64,000 nucleotides of DNA, taken from positions 111,910,001 to 111,974,000 of the forward strand of contig OZ024742.1 of the NCBI GenBank assembly GCA_964016885.1, written 5' to 3'. This DNA is from Eledone cirrhosa. Taxonomy: Eukaryota. Positions 32,281-47,432 of this stretch are shown piece after piece. Position numbers and translations under genes: made by a program. The notes below the pieces were generated by a model, which was not told where the DNA came from, did not search any database, and saw only the letters and a list, made by a program, of their open reading frames with translations. The first letter of the stretch is position 1. Each line of letters opens with the position of its first letter.

Positions 32281-33384
32281 GATTCGTCAGTGACATTATT
32301 GAAAAAAATGAGAGGGATAATTCTTTTAAAAAAAAAGTTTTATAGTGTATATAAAATATATAAAATATAAACGGTTTCGATGTATCAGGGAAATCCATCT
32401 CATCAAATGCTGAGCATTACAATAAAAAAAAAAAGAATTAAAAATTAAAGATTTAAAATTAAGTGTTGAGGCAGGTTTGTTCATCTTTCTTGTGGTATAT
32501 ATATATATATATTTAGAATTGTTGTCTACTGTATATATTCTCATGTCAATTTGCATATTTATGAGAGTTTAAGATTGGTGTAATGAGAATAATCACAAAT
32601 CAGGGGTATGATAATAATGCACTTTCCGATTTCAAACAGCACATTGAGCGCATGATGTGTGTTTATGAAAAATAATACTATATCATAAACCAACTATCTT
32701 TTCCCAAAACATTTCAAATACAAAATCGACTGTGTCCTGTTCAAAGCTCCACTTCTCACTGTTTTATATTGTCTCTACTCATATATCTTTGACACTGAGA
32801 TCAAAACGAAACAGGACAGAAAATGATTTGGTGTATTAATAGTATTATTGTAAAGGAAAACATGGTGAAAACACATCCACTGGAAGGAAATCATCTTGTT
32901 TACACAGAAATGTTCGTGGTTATAAAATTGCATTCAAACGCTAAAATAACCAGCAGACTTTCCAACTTTACAGCCGAATCTATTAAGAAATCGAAACGTC
33001 AAGATATATGGTTCTTAATTAAAAATGCAAGAACTTATTGATATTTTAGTCCTGTAAATTATGCGAGAAAGGTATTGAATGATCTGCTCCATTCATGCTG
33101 ACTTGGCAACTGATAAGAAAATGGAACAGCTATAGTAAACATATATTAAATTAATATAGCCTAAATACCAAACACCTATATTCTAATAAATTAAAACAGA
33201 AAATAAATTCTTTATAGCTTTTGTTTCATACAGAGATGCGTAGAATTAAGTTAAACTGAACGTTACCTGAAACATACCCAAAATAAATTTTACGAGATAT
33301 AGATTCAAATATAATTGATAATGAGAGCAATAATTATTTAAAACTGAGAGAGTGCTTGATAGCAGTTATTATGTATAATACAAA

Positions 33385-33560
33385 TATTGTTTCTACTTGT
33401 TGGCACAAGGCCAGCAATTATCCCAGTGCATTACTGGTAGTTTATTTTATCGACGCTGTAAGGATGAAAGGCAAAATTAACCTCGGCAGGATTTGAAATC
33501 AGATCGCAAAGGACGGAACTCTACGCTGCAAAGCATGGCGTCCGACCCACTACTGCCATA
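33385..33560 (-). mobile_element. tRNA-derived SINE
   Basis: Same family as 3748-3920. Confidence 0.87.
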
Positions 33561-33631
33561 TTGAATGTAGATATATTAATTTGTCTATAACATGTCTATA
33601 AGCCATAATTTTCGGTGATCAATTTGAATTT

Positions 33632-33692
<61 letters not shown>

Positions 33693-33697
<5 letters not shown>

Positions 33698-34033
33698 AAA
33701 CGAAAAATGAGTGATGCATCTGAATTCAATTTATTGTGTGTTACAATTGTTTCACCGGCGGGCAGCTCGAGACGCGATCATTGTGTCGATCTGGCTGATT
33801 CTGGATCCGCAGGTTCGACGGACACGTCTAATGATTTCGGGGCAAATTCTTTTACTGAAAGAATTTGTGAAAGAATTTTCTCCGAAATCATTAGACGTGT
33901 CCATCGAAACTGCGGATCCAGAATCAAACAGATCCACACAATGATCGTGTCTCGAGCTGTCCGCCGGCGAAACAATTGTAACAGACAATAAATTGAATTC
34001 AGATGCATCAATGATTTTTCGTTTTATATTATA
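33693..34033. repeat. ~340 bp near-perfect palindrome next to (TA)n
   Basis: Arms pair over ~160 bp (GATGCATCTGAATTCAATTTATTG..GGACACGTCTAATGATTTCGG / CCGAAATCATTAGACGTGTCC..CAATAAATTGAATTCAGATGCATC). Confidence 0.95.
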
Positions 34034-34112
34034 TCATACTCTGCTCTGTAAGAGCATATAGTGCTCAACTGGCATACCGCCTATGGAAGCATCTTAGCTA
34101 CCATCAGACACA

Positions 34113-34255
<143 letters not shown>

Positions 34256-35141
34256 TTCATAAAAAAAGCTGAAAACTCGAACGCGAGGAACAGTTGTTAA
34301 AATAACCGATTGCCGTCGATGATAACACCAGAGAAATCTGGTAAAAAAAAAGAAACCTTATGGATAGAAAACAGATATTAGTGGTTGCTACGGAGAGCCG
34401 GAGTGTGTTGAGGTTAGGGAAATTCATAGATGTATACGAGGAGAAATAAGGAAAGAAGAAAATGGAAAACAAGGGGGTAGTTTCAGGTTAACAAAACTTA
34501 CACGTCATAAACAAAACACAGACGCCCCAAACATCATCAGATCTCATTTGGCTATGCAAGTTCGCACGAATACTGAAAAGACTATAATTTTCAAGTTAGC
34601 TCGTGCAGAGAAAATGAGTGAATATTTCTGCGGGTATGATGCTTGTTGGATGGCAACACAAACAACAGACGGTCAAACAGGCCAACCGAGGCGTGAAAAA
34701 AATGCATCTGGTTAGTATTGGTTCGATAGCTAAAAGGACAACAGCTGTTTGCACTGACCAATCCAGTTTCTTATTATTTTTCTCATTTGCTATATTATCC
34801 TTTATTTAACATTTTTATTTATTCTGTTTCATTTTTTTTTATTTGTTCTGTTTTATTCTTTTATTTGTACTTTTTTCAATATTGATTTTTTATCTTTTAT
34901 ATCTATTCTTTGTCTCCATATCAAATTAATGCATTTCTACCTCTCTATATATTTTCAAAATAAGAATTCTCGTACATTGATTCTAACGAACACTGTGAAA
35001 TAGATCTATATTATCAAAACTAATATTAAGGAGTTGTATACATGTTATCGATTAGACACCACATTGGCTTAGCTTGATCAATCAACTTTTTGAATCGATC
35101 GTAAAGCAATGAAGTAATTTAAGCATTTAACATCTCTTGTC

Positions 35142-35184
<43 letters not shown>

Positions 35185-35567
35185 GAAAGGTATAGAAAAC
35201 ATTAGAAATACCTGTGTGTGATGTTAGCAAAATGACTCTTTGCGTGTTTGCCAAAGTATATTATATACATATGTACAATTATCATTTTTGTATACGTATT
35301 ATTCTGTTCGCTCCTCCTTATTGACGCTCATCATAAAATATACATTACTTCTGCTCAGGAAACTAATTATCGATTTATGAAACAGTACGATAAGATATGA
35401 AGAGTAAAACATACTGCTTGAATAGATAACATTAGAAGAAATGCACCTACTCCAGGCAGATTTTAATATATTTTGTCATTTCATTTGTTTTTGTCATTGC
35501 TGTTTCAATATTGTTTATCGAAATTTCCGTTCACAATTATGAATCTAATACATATACACACACACAT

Positions 35568-35638
<71 letters not shown>

Positions 35639-35749
35639 TTTCACTGTATCATATATAGTTTCTATGCGAAATCGCTATTATCAAAAGGTATAAATAATAA
35701 AAAAAGAAAATAGTTATCAAACGAACTAATACAATAATTACAATAATAA

Positions 35750-36290
35750 TGCATTCTTTATTGGCCCTCATATAGGTGACAATACACTAGACGAGGGCAG
35801 TAGGGGTTTTACAAAGAACATTGAGTAAAAATATATATAAAATCAATAACAATTAACAAACGAAAATTACCCAAAACGGGGGATAACATACAAGGGGCGA
35901 CACAGGTACTACCAATATTGAACCACACGACGCTTCGTGAGCACCAGAGAGTGCATGTTAAGAATAGGTCCATTCGCAAGGGCTATACTAGCAAGATTCC
36001 CCCACGTTTTATAAAATTCACGGACACTGAACGAGTGTGTGCAGTACCGTTTTGTCATTCTGCACACATCCCGAGTTGGTCCATCTGACCGCACACCAGT
36101 GCCGGTATATATCTCGATAAGGCAGTACCCCCGCTAGCACTGCCAAGCCAGGGATTTCTGGAAATTATCCAAAATCCATGACTTGGAAGTTTTCTAAAAG
36201 AGCCAGATCAGTTTGATGTTGTCGAGGCCCCATGCCTCACCAATGGAACATGCCACTTCCACAAAAGGTGGAAGAGCAGACATCATGCTT
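35750..36290 (-). mobile_element. Internally deleted 3' fragment of a Tx1/L1-like LINE
   Basis: 3' UTR similar to 58890-59050; GATTTCTGGAA.TTATC block shared with 59610. Confidence 0.6.
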
Positions 36291-36299
36291 CGTGACATA

Positions 36300-36685
36300 G
36301 AGTTACTACTCTTTACGTACTGATTTCAAATCCCAACGAAATTTAGCTTTACATTTCATTCTTATAGGCTTATAAAGTACCAATAATGAGCTGTGGTCGA
36401 TTTCATTGATTTCCCCCACCCCTAAATTGTTGACCTCGCTCCTAAATCAGAATCCACTATCATAGTCTGAAAAAGGGTGGTGAATTGGAAGTATCGGTAG
36501 AGTGTCGGACACCCTCCTTCGTAGTAGAAGGCCATTTACATTCTAATTCACATCCAGCCAACGTACACTTTACCTTTCATCGGCGTCGATAAAGTAAAGT
36601 ACCAGTAATGAACTGGAGTCGATTTAATCGACTTTCCTCTCCTCTTCAGATTGCTGACCTTATGCCTAAAATAGAAGCAATCTTT
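36300..36685 (+). mobile_element. Two degenerate tandem SINE copies
   Basis: B-box and body remnants at 36320-36460 and 36475-36685. Confidence 0.7.
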
Positions 36686-37869
36686 ATAGTTAGAAAAATA
36701 CTGAACATAGAGATATACGTTAAATGGTCTAACAAATATATACACACTCGCAGTACCCCCCCCCCCCGTAAAAGAAAAAAAAACATTACGAAAGCTTATA
36801 GATTATCCGACCCTGATAAAGCATGATCGGATTTCGTCATGTACATATCAAAGCATGGACGTAGTTATTCGGAATGTTTTGCCATTAACCTCCAATTCCA
36901 TGAATTAAATTTCCATTAATGTTACCATGACCACATATGACACACATGCATACCTTGGCCGATGCATAAATACACGCGCGCTTGCGCACACTCGTATGGG
37001 TTAAATATATATTATATATGTATCAGTATATATATATATGGACATATGAATTCGTATCTGTATATGCATATTTGTATGAGTGTATGCTAGTATTACAAAG
37101 ATTTGCATATTTCCTGGAAACGCCAGGTTATACCGAATTTTCTTTCTATCCTGTCACATATTTGTTTTTCATGCGTTATAGCCCTGGTAGTAAACACACT
37201 CCTACGCACGCGCACATAAACAAGCACACACACACTTACAAACAAACACACTCAGAGACTTGATATATCCTGTATTTCAATTTCTATAATTAATCTTTAT
37301 ATTATATAATAGTTTCGTGTTTGTAACCACAATCCAAATTAATAATTGTTATATATATCATTGTTTGATGTTCATTTAAAGATTGTTTGATAATTTTTAA
37401 AGATTCTTTATTTTATGAAATCGAATCACACGATCGAATGAAAAGTTAATGGTCCCTAGAATAATGACATAACATTTTGTGCAAGTGGACTAACGTCATT
37501 ATTCGTAACAATTCATGTTATATATGTGAGGTAAGTTTGAAAATGCTTTTGGTTATGTCAAGGTATTTTGGTTATGTTCAATTTCATTTTATTTATATTT
37601 TACGCATTGGAGCATAATAATATAGTTATCAAGAATATGTCACTAACAGGTAATCATCCAACCTTGTGGCTGCAAATCCATTGACGTCATGGCATATAAC
37701 TAAAAAGGAAAAGATCCCCTTATATATCTTAGCATACTGTGAACGTATGTTTCACCTGAATGAATAACTGAGATATTTTAATAATTGTTTCTACTTTTGG
37801 CACAAGGCCAGTGTATTACTGGTACTACTGGTACCCCGTATATATATATATATATATATAATACAATAT

Positions 37870-38388
37870 ATGTAATCTGAGGTTTTCGAATATCAGTAAA
37901 AACATTCGATTCGTTTGCATGTATGCAAACAAGACTCATTTTTAAAGCAATATCAGTATAGTTTTGTTTTTGTCTGCAGTTCTGTTTACACAAGAGCAAG
38001 AATGAAGGGTTCATTCTACTGACATCGCTTTAAAAATGAGGCTTGTTTGCATAATTGAAAACGAATGGAATGTTAGTATTAATATTTGAAAAACGCAGAT
38101 TACATTTATTGTATTCAGACATGTGGAGTGAAATTTTGTTTAAATTTTTATTTGAATATGGCAATACAGTGAGCTGTACTGATGAAGGGTGATACCCAGA
38201 AGCAGTAGTGTCTGCATTTCTGTTTACATGCCAATACAAGAGCAAGAATGAAGTGTTCATTGTACTGACATGGCTTTAAAAATGAGGTTTGTTTGCATAA
38301 TTGCAAACGAATCGAATGTTCTGATTAATATTCGAAAAAACTCAGATTACATTTAATGTATTCAGCTATGTAGAACGAACATATTATA
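37870..38388 (+). mobile_element. Non-coding HHR-bearing tandem repeat (238 nt unit) with inverted 5' piece
   Basis: Unit GTCTGCA.TTCTGTTTACA.. at 37972 and 38210; 37870-37945 is an inverted copy of the unit 3' part; (TA)n flanks. Confidence 0.85.
38171..38220 (+). ncRNA. Type I hammerhead motif (GAAA mutated to GAAG)
   Basis: GAGCTGTA-CTGATGA-AGGGTGATACCCA-GAAG-CAGTAGTG-TC-TGCATTTC. Confidence 0.75.
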
Positions 38389-39324
38389 TATATATATATA
38401 TATATATATGAATCACGGCATCCTGTACACTTCGTCAGGTTTTGACATCCTAACCTGCTTTGCACGTTTGAAATACACCAAATGAGTTTGGTATCAATGA
38501 TTTGTTGTCTTGTTATCTGTCTTGTTATCTGTAATGCTATTTTGGTTATGTTCTTCATATGCTCGCCATGTTGACAGTTATGTTATAAGAAATCTGAAGA
38601 TCTACCTGAAAAACCTATTTGCTGATCTGAAATCAGATTCCAGCTTAAACTCAAAGTCCTGCCATTTTTAAACTTCAGGCGAATATCCTGTCGCTGCTAC
38701 GACATCAAGCGTTTTCTTTTTTTGTTTGTAATTGCAAAAAGGTCTTGTGGAATGTTCTGCAGAAGTATATGATTGATATACAGCGTTTTCATTTTGTTTT
38801 GCAGCGATTTCTAAGTCGAAACCAATCAATGCGTGTGTATGACTCCGCGATTTATGTGTATTACCACACGTCCTATTCATAATCTTCATTGGCAGGATTG
38901 ACATGCGCAGCCAATTTGGAAGTGACATCAAGACTGTAAGATCAGTCAGCTGGAATCTGTAAACGGCATGGTATTACTTAACTTATCAGAGGATGATCTA
39001 CAAATTATTAAATTACATGTGTTGCGCATCTGTTACCATGTTTATCTATGCGAGACTAAGTCTGATTGCTGTATCTATGTGTGACTCAGAATGTGTGTTA
39101 TATTGAATATAATATGTTTGCGTACAAATTGGGTTGGATGTTTATTATCGTGTCCATAGTAATATTATACGTTCTGGGATATATCTGTCATATATTATAC
39201 ATTTCTTTCATGTGGTTTCATGTATTTAATTTGTACATGGAGGAATCATACGTTCTAATTATGTAAACGGGTCAATTGGAATCTGTGAGACACATACCTT
39301 TTTGCTATTATTATTGCATTGATA

Positions 39325-39470
39325 GAGTTCAAATCCCGCCGAACTTAACTTTGCCTTTCATTCTAACCTGGTCGATAAAATACAGTACCAGTCACGCACT
39401 GGGGTCGATTTAATCATGCCCCCCCCCCAAAAAAAAAAGAATTGCTGGTCTTGTGCCTATATAAGAAACC
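39325..39470 (+). mobile_element. 5'-truncated SINE
   Basis: GAGTTCAAATCCCGCCG..GCCTTTCAT..GTCGATAAAATA.AGTACCAG. Confidence 0.85.
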
Positions 39471-40389
39471 ATTATCATTGCATTGATACAATTTCATCAC
39501 TGTGGATGATGAACAGTACGGGGTCCGTCTACGATATTGAAAACGATTCACTCTGATGTTTGATTATAGTAATTCCTTCCTCTGACCATTCAATCAATTT
39601 TTTTTAATGAAGCAATCAATTCATTCCATATAATTTCCCTCCCTTGACTGAAAATTATCTATAGCATATAAAGGTAGCTTTTACTTTGGTTTCAAAATCA
39701 GTAGACAGAATATTACAAGCCAGTAAAACTGTTACACACACAAGCTATCCTCGTTTATGAGTATCAATTAACAGAGAGACAGAAAAACGATCACAAAATC
39801 AATTTCACTTATATTTTGATCTTTTGTCTCCGTGAAGCTAAATTACATCAGCCCAAATTATGTTCCCGTATCGAGTGACATTTCTCTAGAGAACATTAAA
39901 TTAAATTAGTTTAATATTTTATGCTGTCCAACTGTTACAGCATTCAGCGATGTAATTTGTCGTGGTAGGTAATAAAATTACTTAGAATCGTAATATTTGT
40001 ACTTAAACATTGGTGGAAATAGACGAAAACTCTCTGCCGGAAGTCCTAGAAAACGTGTAAATCAATCATGGATATGAAATACGTTTTGAAGTATATTGCC
40101 ATTATTGGTATCGCCCTCACTCGCTCTCTCTTTTTATCACCCCCCTCTATATACATATATGTATATATGTGTGCGTGTGTGTATGTGTGTGTGTGTGCGT
40201 GTGTGTGTGTGTGTGTGGGGGTGTGTGGGTGTGGGTGTGTGTGTGTCTGTGTGTGTGTATATGTTTACATATATCTATACCCATATAAATATGTATTTTA
40301 TATACATATGTGAGTGACAATATGTTTGTGCTGCAGTAACCTTCTGTGGGGTAATTTAAACAAAATATATACAATATACAAGTCGAACC

Positions 40390-41035
40390 CGTTTCTTCTA
40401 CAACAACTACAACGGTAAGCGATGGGGCCCACCCACAGTCCCGGCGGACAGAATGGAGAAGGCGTTTCCACGGAGGACGGCGAGCGAGACGTGCTGGAAG
40501 AGCCACTCCAACTCGCGGGGCTAACACCTGCGGCTGGCCAGCTCAGCGCCTATGGTGGAGGGTAGGGAGTAAGCCCTGGGACCGAGGACACCAGAAGTCT
40601 CCACTGCCGGGGGCATGACCGCAAACCTGTCGGACAGCGACCGGTATTTGAGGAGTTTGGCCCCTCAGCCCGACGTGCAGCAGAAGCTGGGTAAGTCGCA
40701 GACTGTACCAGGTTGCGGCTGCAGAAAGTGTCGGTCCAAGTGGCATCCCAGACGTGGGGCTTGCCACTGTGGAACGGGAAGATGGTCATGCCATCTGGCC
40801 TTTTGCCGTCCCCTTGATCCAGCCCCACCGGCTCGAACTGGGAAGGGAAGCCCGCATGTCCAGGCCACGCTTAATGACGACGTTGAGGGCAGCATGGCGT
40901 GGAATGCGGCCGGCACTGTGGCGATAGGAAAGCGGGTGGAGGCCGAAAGAATTCACGGTGAAACCGCAGCGACATTGGTGTGGCTGGCAGATCCGGAGGC
41001 CGCGCCTCAGGGAAACGCCGAAACGCCGATGTGAG
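40390..41035 (-). mobile_element. 3' fragment of a CRE-like non-LTR element (zinc knuckle + restriction-like endonuclease)
   Basis: HQCRCG..FGLHPLS..AGRIPRHAALNVVIKRGL then GDGKRPDGMTIFPF..GKPHVWDAT..DT (PD..D REL motif), frameshifted; GC-rich. Confidence 0.85.
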
Positions 41036-41669
41036 TAAGTGTGTTTGTGTGTTTGTGTTTGTGTTACATGGTCGATAAAATCAACATATGCTTTCTTTGA
41101 ACCCATTCAGTTACTTTTTTCTTTTTTACAGTGGTATGTCTGCGACTTCATCTCCTTCTCCAGCATCATGTAATCTCCCTTTACTATCTTCGGATGATAG
41201 ATTAGCGCAGAAATTTAACTATTTACCCGAAATATCAAGCGGTAAACTATTGTTTCATGATTGTAAGATATAGTTTTCCCCTGCGGCTTTTCGTTCACGA
41301 CTGTTCTTATGCATGCACGCACATACATATCCGATGTGTACACACACACACATACACAGACACACACACACACACACACATACACACACACAGACACCAA
41401 TATATTATATATATATATAGGCTCACATTGTATGAAATTCTTATTATTTGCAAATTCTAATATATTGATTTAAATTAAATATGATGCTTTTGAAAAAAAC
41501 ACCTAAAATTTCCAGATATTCTTATATTGGATAAAAACCTTCGCAAATAAAATGCATTCATGTTGTTTTTTTGTTTCGTTCATTCATAATAAAAATGATT
41601 GCCACTAGTAAAGTAATGTTACAACCATGAAAATAAAACAACTTTATTCAGTTCAATGTATATATGTGT

Positions 41670-41870
41670 GGTTAGATTATCTCAGGAAAGAATCGCTAGA
41701 GAGATGTATCGTACAAAACCAGCAGGAGACCCCAGGGTAGAGACCGACGAAGATGGTTGGAAACATTAATATGCTTGGATTAGCTCGCTTAGGGATCCAG
41801 TTGGATCAATTGAAGGTGGTTGGTTCTGAGAGGAACCGCTGGAAGACGTGTTTAAGAACTCTGCCAGTAA
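41670..41870 (+). mobile_element. Short 3' fragment of the RTE LINE
   Basis: TCTCAGGAAAGAATCGCT..ACAAAACCA..CAGGAGACCC shared with 15905-16050. Confidence 0.7.
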
Positions 41871-43751
41871 GCTTCTCATATGAATAGGTGGACGTAGACG
41901 AATATATGTATTAATGTCAAACATATGACACCATATGAACTAGTACAAATAGAGCTTCTAAAATTAGTCAGTAATATTATAGATATTATAAAATAATTGT
42001 TTCTACTTTTAGCACAAGGCCAGCAATTATCCCAGTGCATTACTGGTACTTTAATAATAAATGATGTCATTATAAGTATTAATTCCAATAATTCTTTTAT
42101 ATTGAGAACATAAATAAATACCATAGTTTTAGTGAAGAAGAAGAAGAAGAAGAAGAAGAAGAAGAAGAAGAAGAAGAAGAAGAAGAAGAAGAAGAAGAAG
42201 AAGAAGAAGAAGAAGAAGAATATGTCTACTGCCAACTTACTAATGACCTGAAGCTCATTAAGAAGAAAATATATCACAAACAACAATTATGGATACTGTC
42301 TAAAATATGAAGTAATCTTGTCTCCTTATTGCATGTTTCAATCGATGACATTTCGTTGAAAGACCCCATGTGGAAACGATCTATATTAAATTCTTTATTT
42401 TCTATATCATTGAGAGTATCTGCTGCATTACACTGACCAAATGAAATTCTGCTTCACTGCTATATTAAACATCACGCCTACACTGCTCGTCCATTATTAG
42501 ATCATAGTCGATAATGAAATGTGATTAATTCAATATATGGATATGAATAGTTAATATTTAGAAAAGTTCAATGAATTTATTACGAATATTAACAAGCTTT
42601 ATATTCGTAACTGGCGCCAAACTCCAAGTGGCGTAAATGAATCCTTAGACAGTTTTGCTATAAATCCTGCTTGTGCAAAATCGTATTACTGTCATTGATA
42701 TCCGTTTTACGATTGAGTGATCAATATATTTATTTCGCAAGTTATCTCCAGAATATGAATATGAACTCGTAGTGTATTTCAATGGTTAATAATTATACAG
42801 TGATTTCCTCAGTAAGTCAGTCAGTTTTGCTAGAGGAAATTAACCATCACCGTTTTAATAATCTTAATTGAAATATGATTATATGTCATCTCAGACCACT
42901 TCAACCTTTCACTCGCGAAATAATCTTTACGGAATTTAGTTGTAAACTGAGATTAAATGTTATAATCACGGAGTATGTAGGGGGCAAAGATAGAGAGATA
43001 TTTACACATATTCAAGTAGGTACAATTCATTGACTTCTGAAAATATGAGGGAGAAATAACATATCGTACTTTTTTATGAAAAATGGTCAGACTTTGATGA
43101 GATACATGAGGTTGTCATCGGCCGATTATGATTGCTGAGGGAAACTATCGGTCGATCCGACTCACGGCGGGAGCGAGACGATTTCAGAACGAACATCGTT
43201 ATCTGAATCCGCCCTCTCCTGTCTGTCAAAATAATGTCCACATTGAACCACACTTTAGGTAAAATCAGCGGATATTATGTAATTATTTTACGGCGTGCTA
43301 TGTCAGCGGGTGGGAGCCTCGCACGAATGGAAATGTATGTTTAATAGTCTATTACCTGTCCAGTTATTTTCATGACAAAAGTAATTTCCCTAGATGTGTA
43401 GTGACACGTAACTTTTTCTCCACGAGAGGGTAAGCCAGAGAAATAGTGAGAGAGAAAAAAAGAAAGAGTGAGAGGGTGAGAGGGAGAGAGGGAGAGGAGA
43501 GAGAGTGAGAGATAGAGAGAGAGAACTTAATTCCTATACGTTATGCCTCCTTAATTGTCTCTTCTTGGTTATTTTTAATAAAGGGCCATAATTACAAGCA
43601 ATATGTATCTTACCAGTTTATTAGATGAAGCAATGCTTGTGTATTATTTACAAGAATGTTGACGAGGACAGAGCAACGACTAATTAAAAGCTTTACCACA
43701 TATTGTGTATTAAATACACGTTATATAAAGACCTAGGAGGAAGAGAGAGTG

Positions 43752-43782
43752 ATATATATACATATATATATATAATATATAT

Positions 43783-43833
<51 letters not shown>

Positions 43834-43966
43834 AATATATATATATATAATATATATTATATAATATATATATATATATATATATAATATATAATATATA
43901 TATATATATATATAATATAATATATATATATATATATAATATATAATATATATATATATATATATA

Positions 43967-44017
<51 letters not shown>

Positions 44018-44039
44018 ATATATATATAATATATATATA

Positions 44040-44088
<49 letters not shown>

Positions 44089-44902
44089 ATATATATATAA
44101 TATATATATAATATATAATATATATATATAATATATAATATATATATATAATATATAATATATATATATAATATATAATATATATATATAATATATAATA
44201 TATATATATAATATATATAATTTATATATATAATATATATAATATATATATATAATATATATAATTTATATATATAATATATATAATATATATATATAAT
44301 ATATAATATATATATATAATATATATAATTTATATATATAATATATATAATATATATATATAATATATATAATTTATATATATAATATATATAATATATA
44401 TATATAATATATAATATATATATATAATATATAATATATATATATAATATATATATATAATATATATAATATATATATATAATATATATAATTTATATAT
44501 ATAATATATATAATATATATATATAATATATAATATATATATATAATATATATAATTTATATATATAATATATATAATATATATATATATAATATATATA
44601 ATTTATATATATAATATATATAATATATATATATAATATATAATATATATATATAATATATAATATATATATATAATATATATAATTTATATATATAATA
44701 TATATAATATATATATATAATATATATAATTTATATATATAATATATATAATATATATATATAATATATAATATATATATATAATATATAATATATATAT
44801 ATAATATATATATATAATATATAATATATATATATAATATATATATATAATATATATATATAATATAAAATATATATATATAATATATAATATATATATA
44901 TA

Positions 44903-44941
<39 letters not shown>

Positions 44942-45052
44942 TATATATAATATATATATATATAATATATATATATATATAATATATATATATATATATA
45001 ATATATATATATATAATGTATATATATATAAAATATATATATATATATATAT

Positions 45053-45111
<59 letters not shown>

Positions 45112-45112
45112 G

Positions 45113-45156
<44 letters not shown>

Positions 45157-45241
45157 TATATATATAATATATATAATTTATATATATAATATATATAACT
45201 TATATATATAATATATATATATAAATATATAATATATATAT

Positions 45242-45286
<45 letters not shown>

Positions 45287-45299
45287 ATATATATATGTA

Positions 45300-45331
<32 letters not shown>

Positions 45332-45677
45332 TATAATATATATATATATATAATATAATGTATAATATATATATATATAATATAATATATAATATATATA
45401 TGTAATATATATATATATATATAATATATATATAATATATATATATATATAATATAATGTATAATATATATATATATAATATAATATATAATATATATAT
45501 ATATAACATAATATATATATATATATATATAACACATAATATATATTTATATATATATATATATTATATATATATATATGTAATATATATATGTATATTT
45601 ATATATATAATATATATATATATAATATATATATATGTATATATATATAATATATATATAATATATATATATATAAT

Positions 45678-45711
<34 letters not shown>

Positions 45712-45921
45712 ATATATATATATATATAATATATATATATATACTATAATATGTATATATAATATATATATATATGTATATATAATATAATATATATATA
45801 ATATATATATATATATATGTATATATAATATATATATATATATAATATATATATATATAATATATATATTTATAATATTTATAATATATATATATATATA
45901 TATAATATATATATATATATG

Positions 45922-45960
<39 letters not shown>

Positions 45961-45974
45961 TATATATAATATAC

Positions 45975-46025
<51 letters not shown>

Positions 46026-46029
46026 TATA

Positions 46030-46075
<46 letters not shown>

Positions 46076-46082
46076 ATTTATA

Positions 46083-46155
<73 letters not shown>

Positions 46156-46158
46156 TAT

Positions 46159-46190
<32 letters not shown>

Positions 46191-46210
46191 ATATATATAT
46201 ATATATATGT
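43752..46210. repeat. ~2.45 kb (TA)n/(TAA)-interrupted microsatellite
   Basis: Directly visible. Confidence 0.98.
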
Positions 46211-46213
46211 ATA

Positions 46214-47124
46214 CTAGCAGTAAGGGCCCGGCGTTGCTCGGGGTCGCTCAGTAGCTGTGTTAAAGTTACAATGTTAAGTTTCTTTTTTGGCTTAAAACAC
46301 TGTAGTGTCTACTGTGCAGACTTGCATGTGGTGTTTTTGATTAATATTCCCTCAACCAACAATATGCCTTATGAAGTTAAGAAAACATAACGATAACCCG
46401 AATGTTATAACAAAAGAGGATGCTGGGATAGAAACTGCACTGGTTATTTATTAACAAAGATCGAAAATGTAAACACTGCAACGCAGAGAAAAACATTAGC
46501 GTAACCAAATTATCAGTTATGTCTGTCTGCACGCATATATCACCTCTCTGCACGACTGTCTGTCTGCACGCCTATATCAGCTCTCTGCACAATTGTCTGT
46601 CTGCACGCGTATATCACCTCTCTGCACGACTGTCTGTCTGCACGACTGTCTGTCTGCACGCCTAACGACGAAATATTTGCTTGTTTTACGTAGTCTTTAA
46701 ATAGACTTGTTTTCAAGTAAAAATATTGTTTTAAAATGCTTTTAAATGGAAATGAAGCAAAACGGAAGCTTAGTGTTCGAACTGATGAATTTTGCAGGTC
46801 AATATTTTGCTGGCTCGACAACTGTTCGTGTATTGTGTTAATGTCATGTTAAACGCTGAGAAAGCCAGCGTAATTTTTTACGTAAGACGCTCTATGTAAA
46901 CAGAACAAAGGGAAATAACTGATAACTTGCGCTCAAAAATCGATACATTATATTCGATTTCGTCACATAGGGTGGGTCAATTTGAAATATTTTTTTCCGA
47001 TGTCTTCGCTAGGGCTCAATGTACAAGTATAGCAATTTCGGTGCAATTCCGTAAGAGATTCTAACAGGAGATGTGTGCCAAAAATCGATAGACAGACAGA
47101 CAACCACAGTTTTATATATATAGA
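46214..47124 (-). mobile_element. Non-autonomous Helitron
   Basis: Minus strand starts TC(TATATATATAAAAC) and ends with hairpin CCCG-agcaacgc-CGGG plus CTAG; inserted between A and T; internal ~37 bp CTGT-rich tandem at 46520-46662. Confidence 0.8.
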
Positions 47125-47432
47125 TAATATATAATATATATATGTAATATATATATATATATAATATATATATAATATATATATATATATAATATATAAT
47201 ATATATATATAATATAATATATAATATATATATATATAATATAATATATAATATATATATATAACATAATATATATATATATATATATATAAAATACGTA
47301 GTTAAGAAAGCCACAACAATGCAGAGGGAAATCTCGAGGTAGGAAGTGAATGATAGATAGGAGAAATAGGATAAAGTGAAAATTGAGAGAGACAACAAAA
47401 CAAAGGTAGTAGGGTTACCGTAGTGGAGATTT

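Noticed and set aside
38600-38970. Possible hAT/Buster transposase fossil on the minus strand (RFQ..DL..MSLPNW)
   Set aside because: Similarity too weak to support by eye; needs a profile search
46520-46662. Regular ~37-bp repeats resembling a CRISPR array
   Set aside because: No unique spacers, eukaryotic context and no cas genes; it is a minisatellite inside a Helitron
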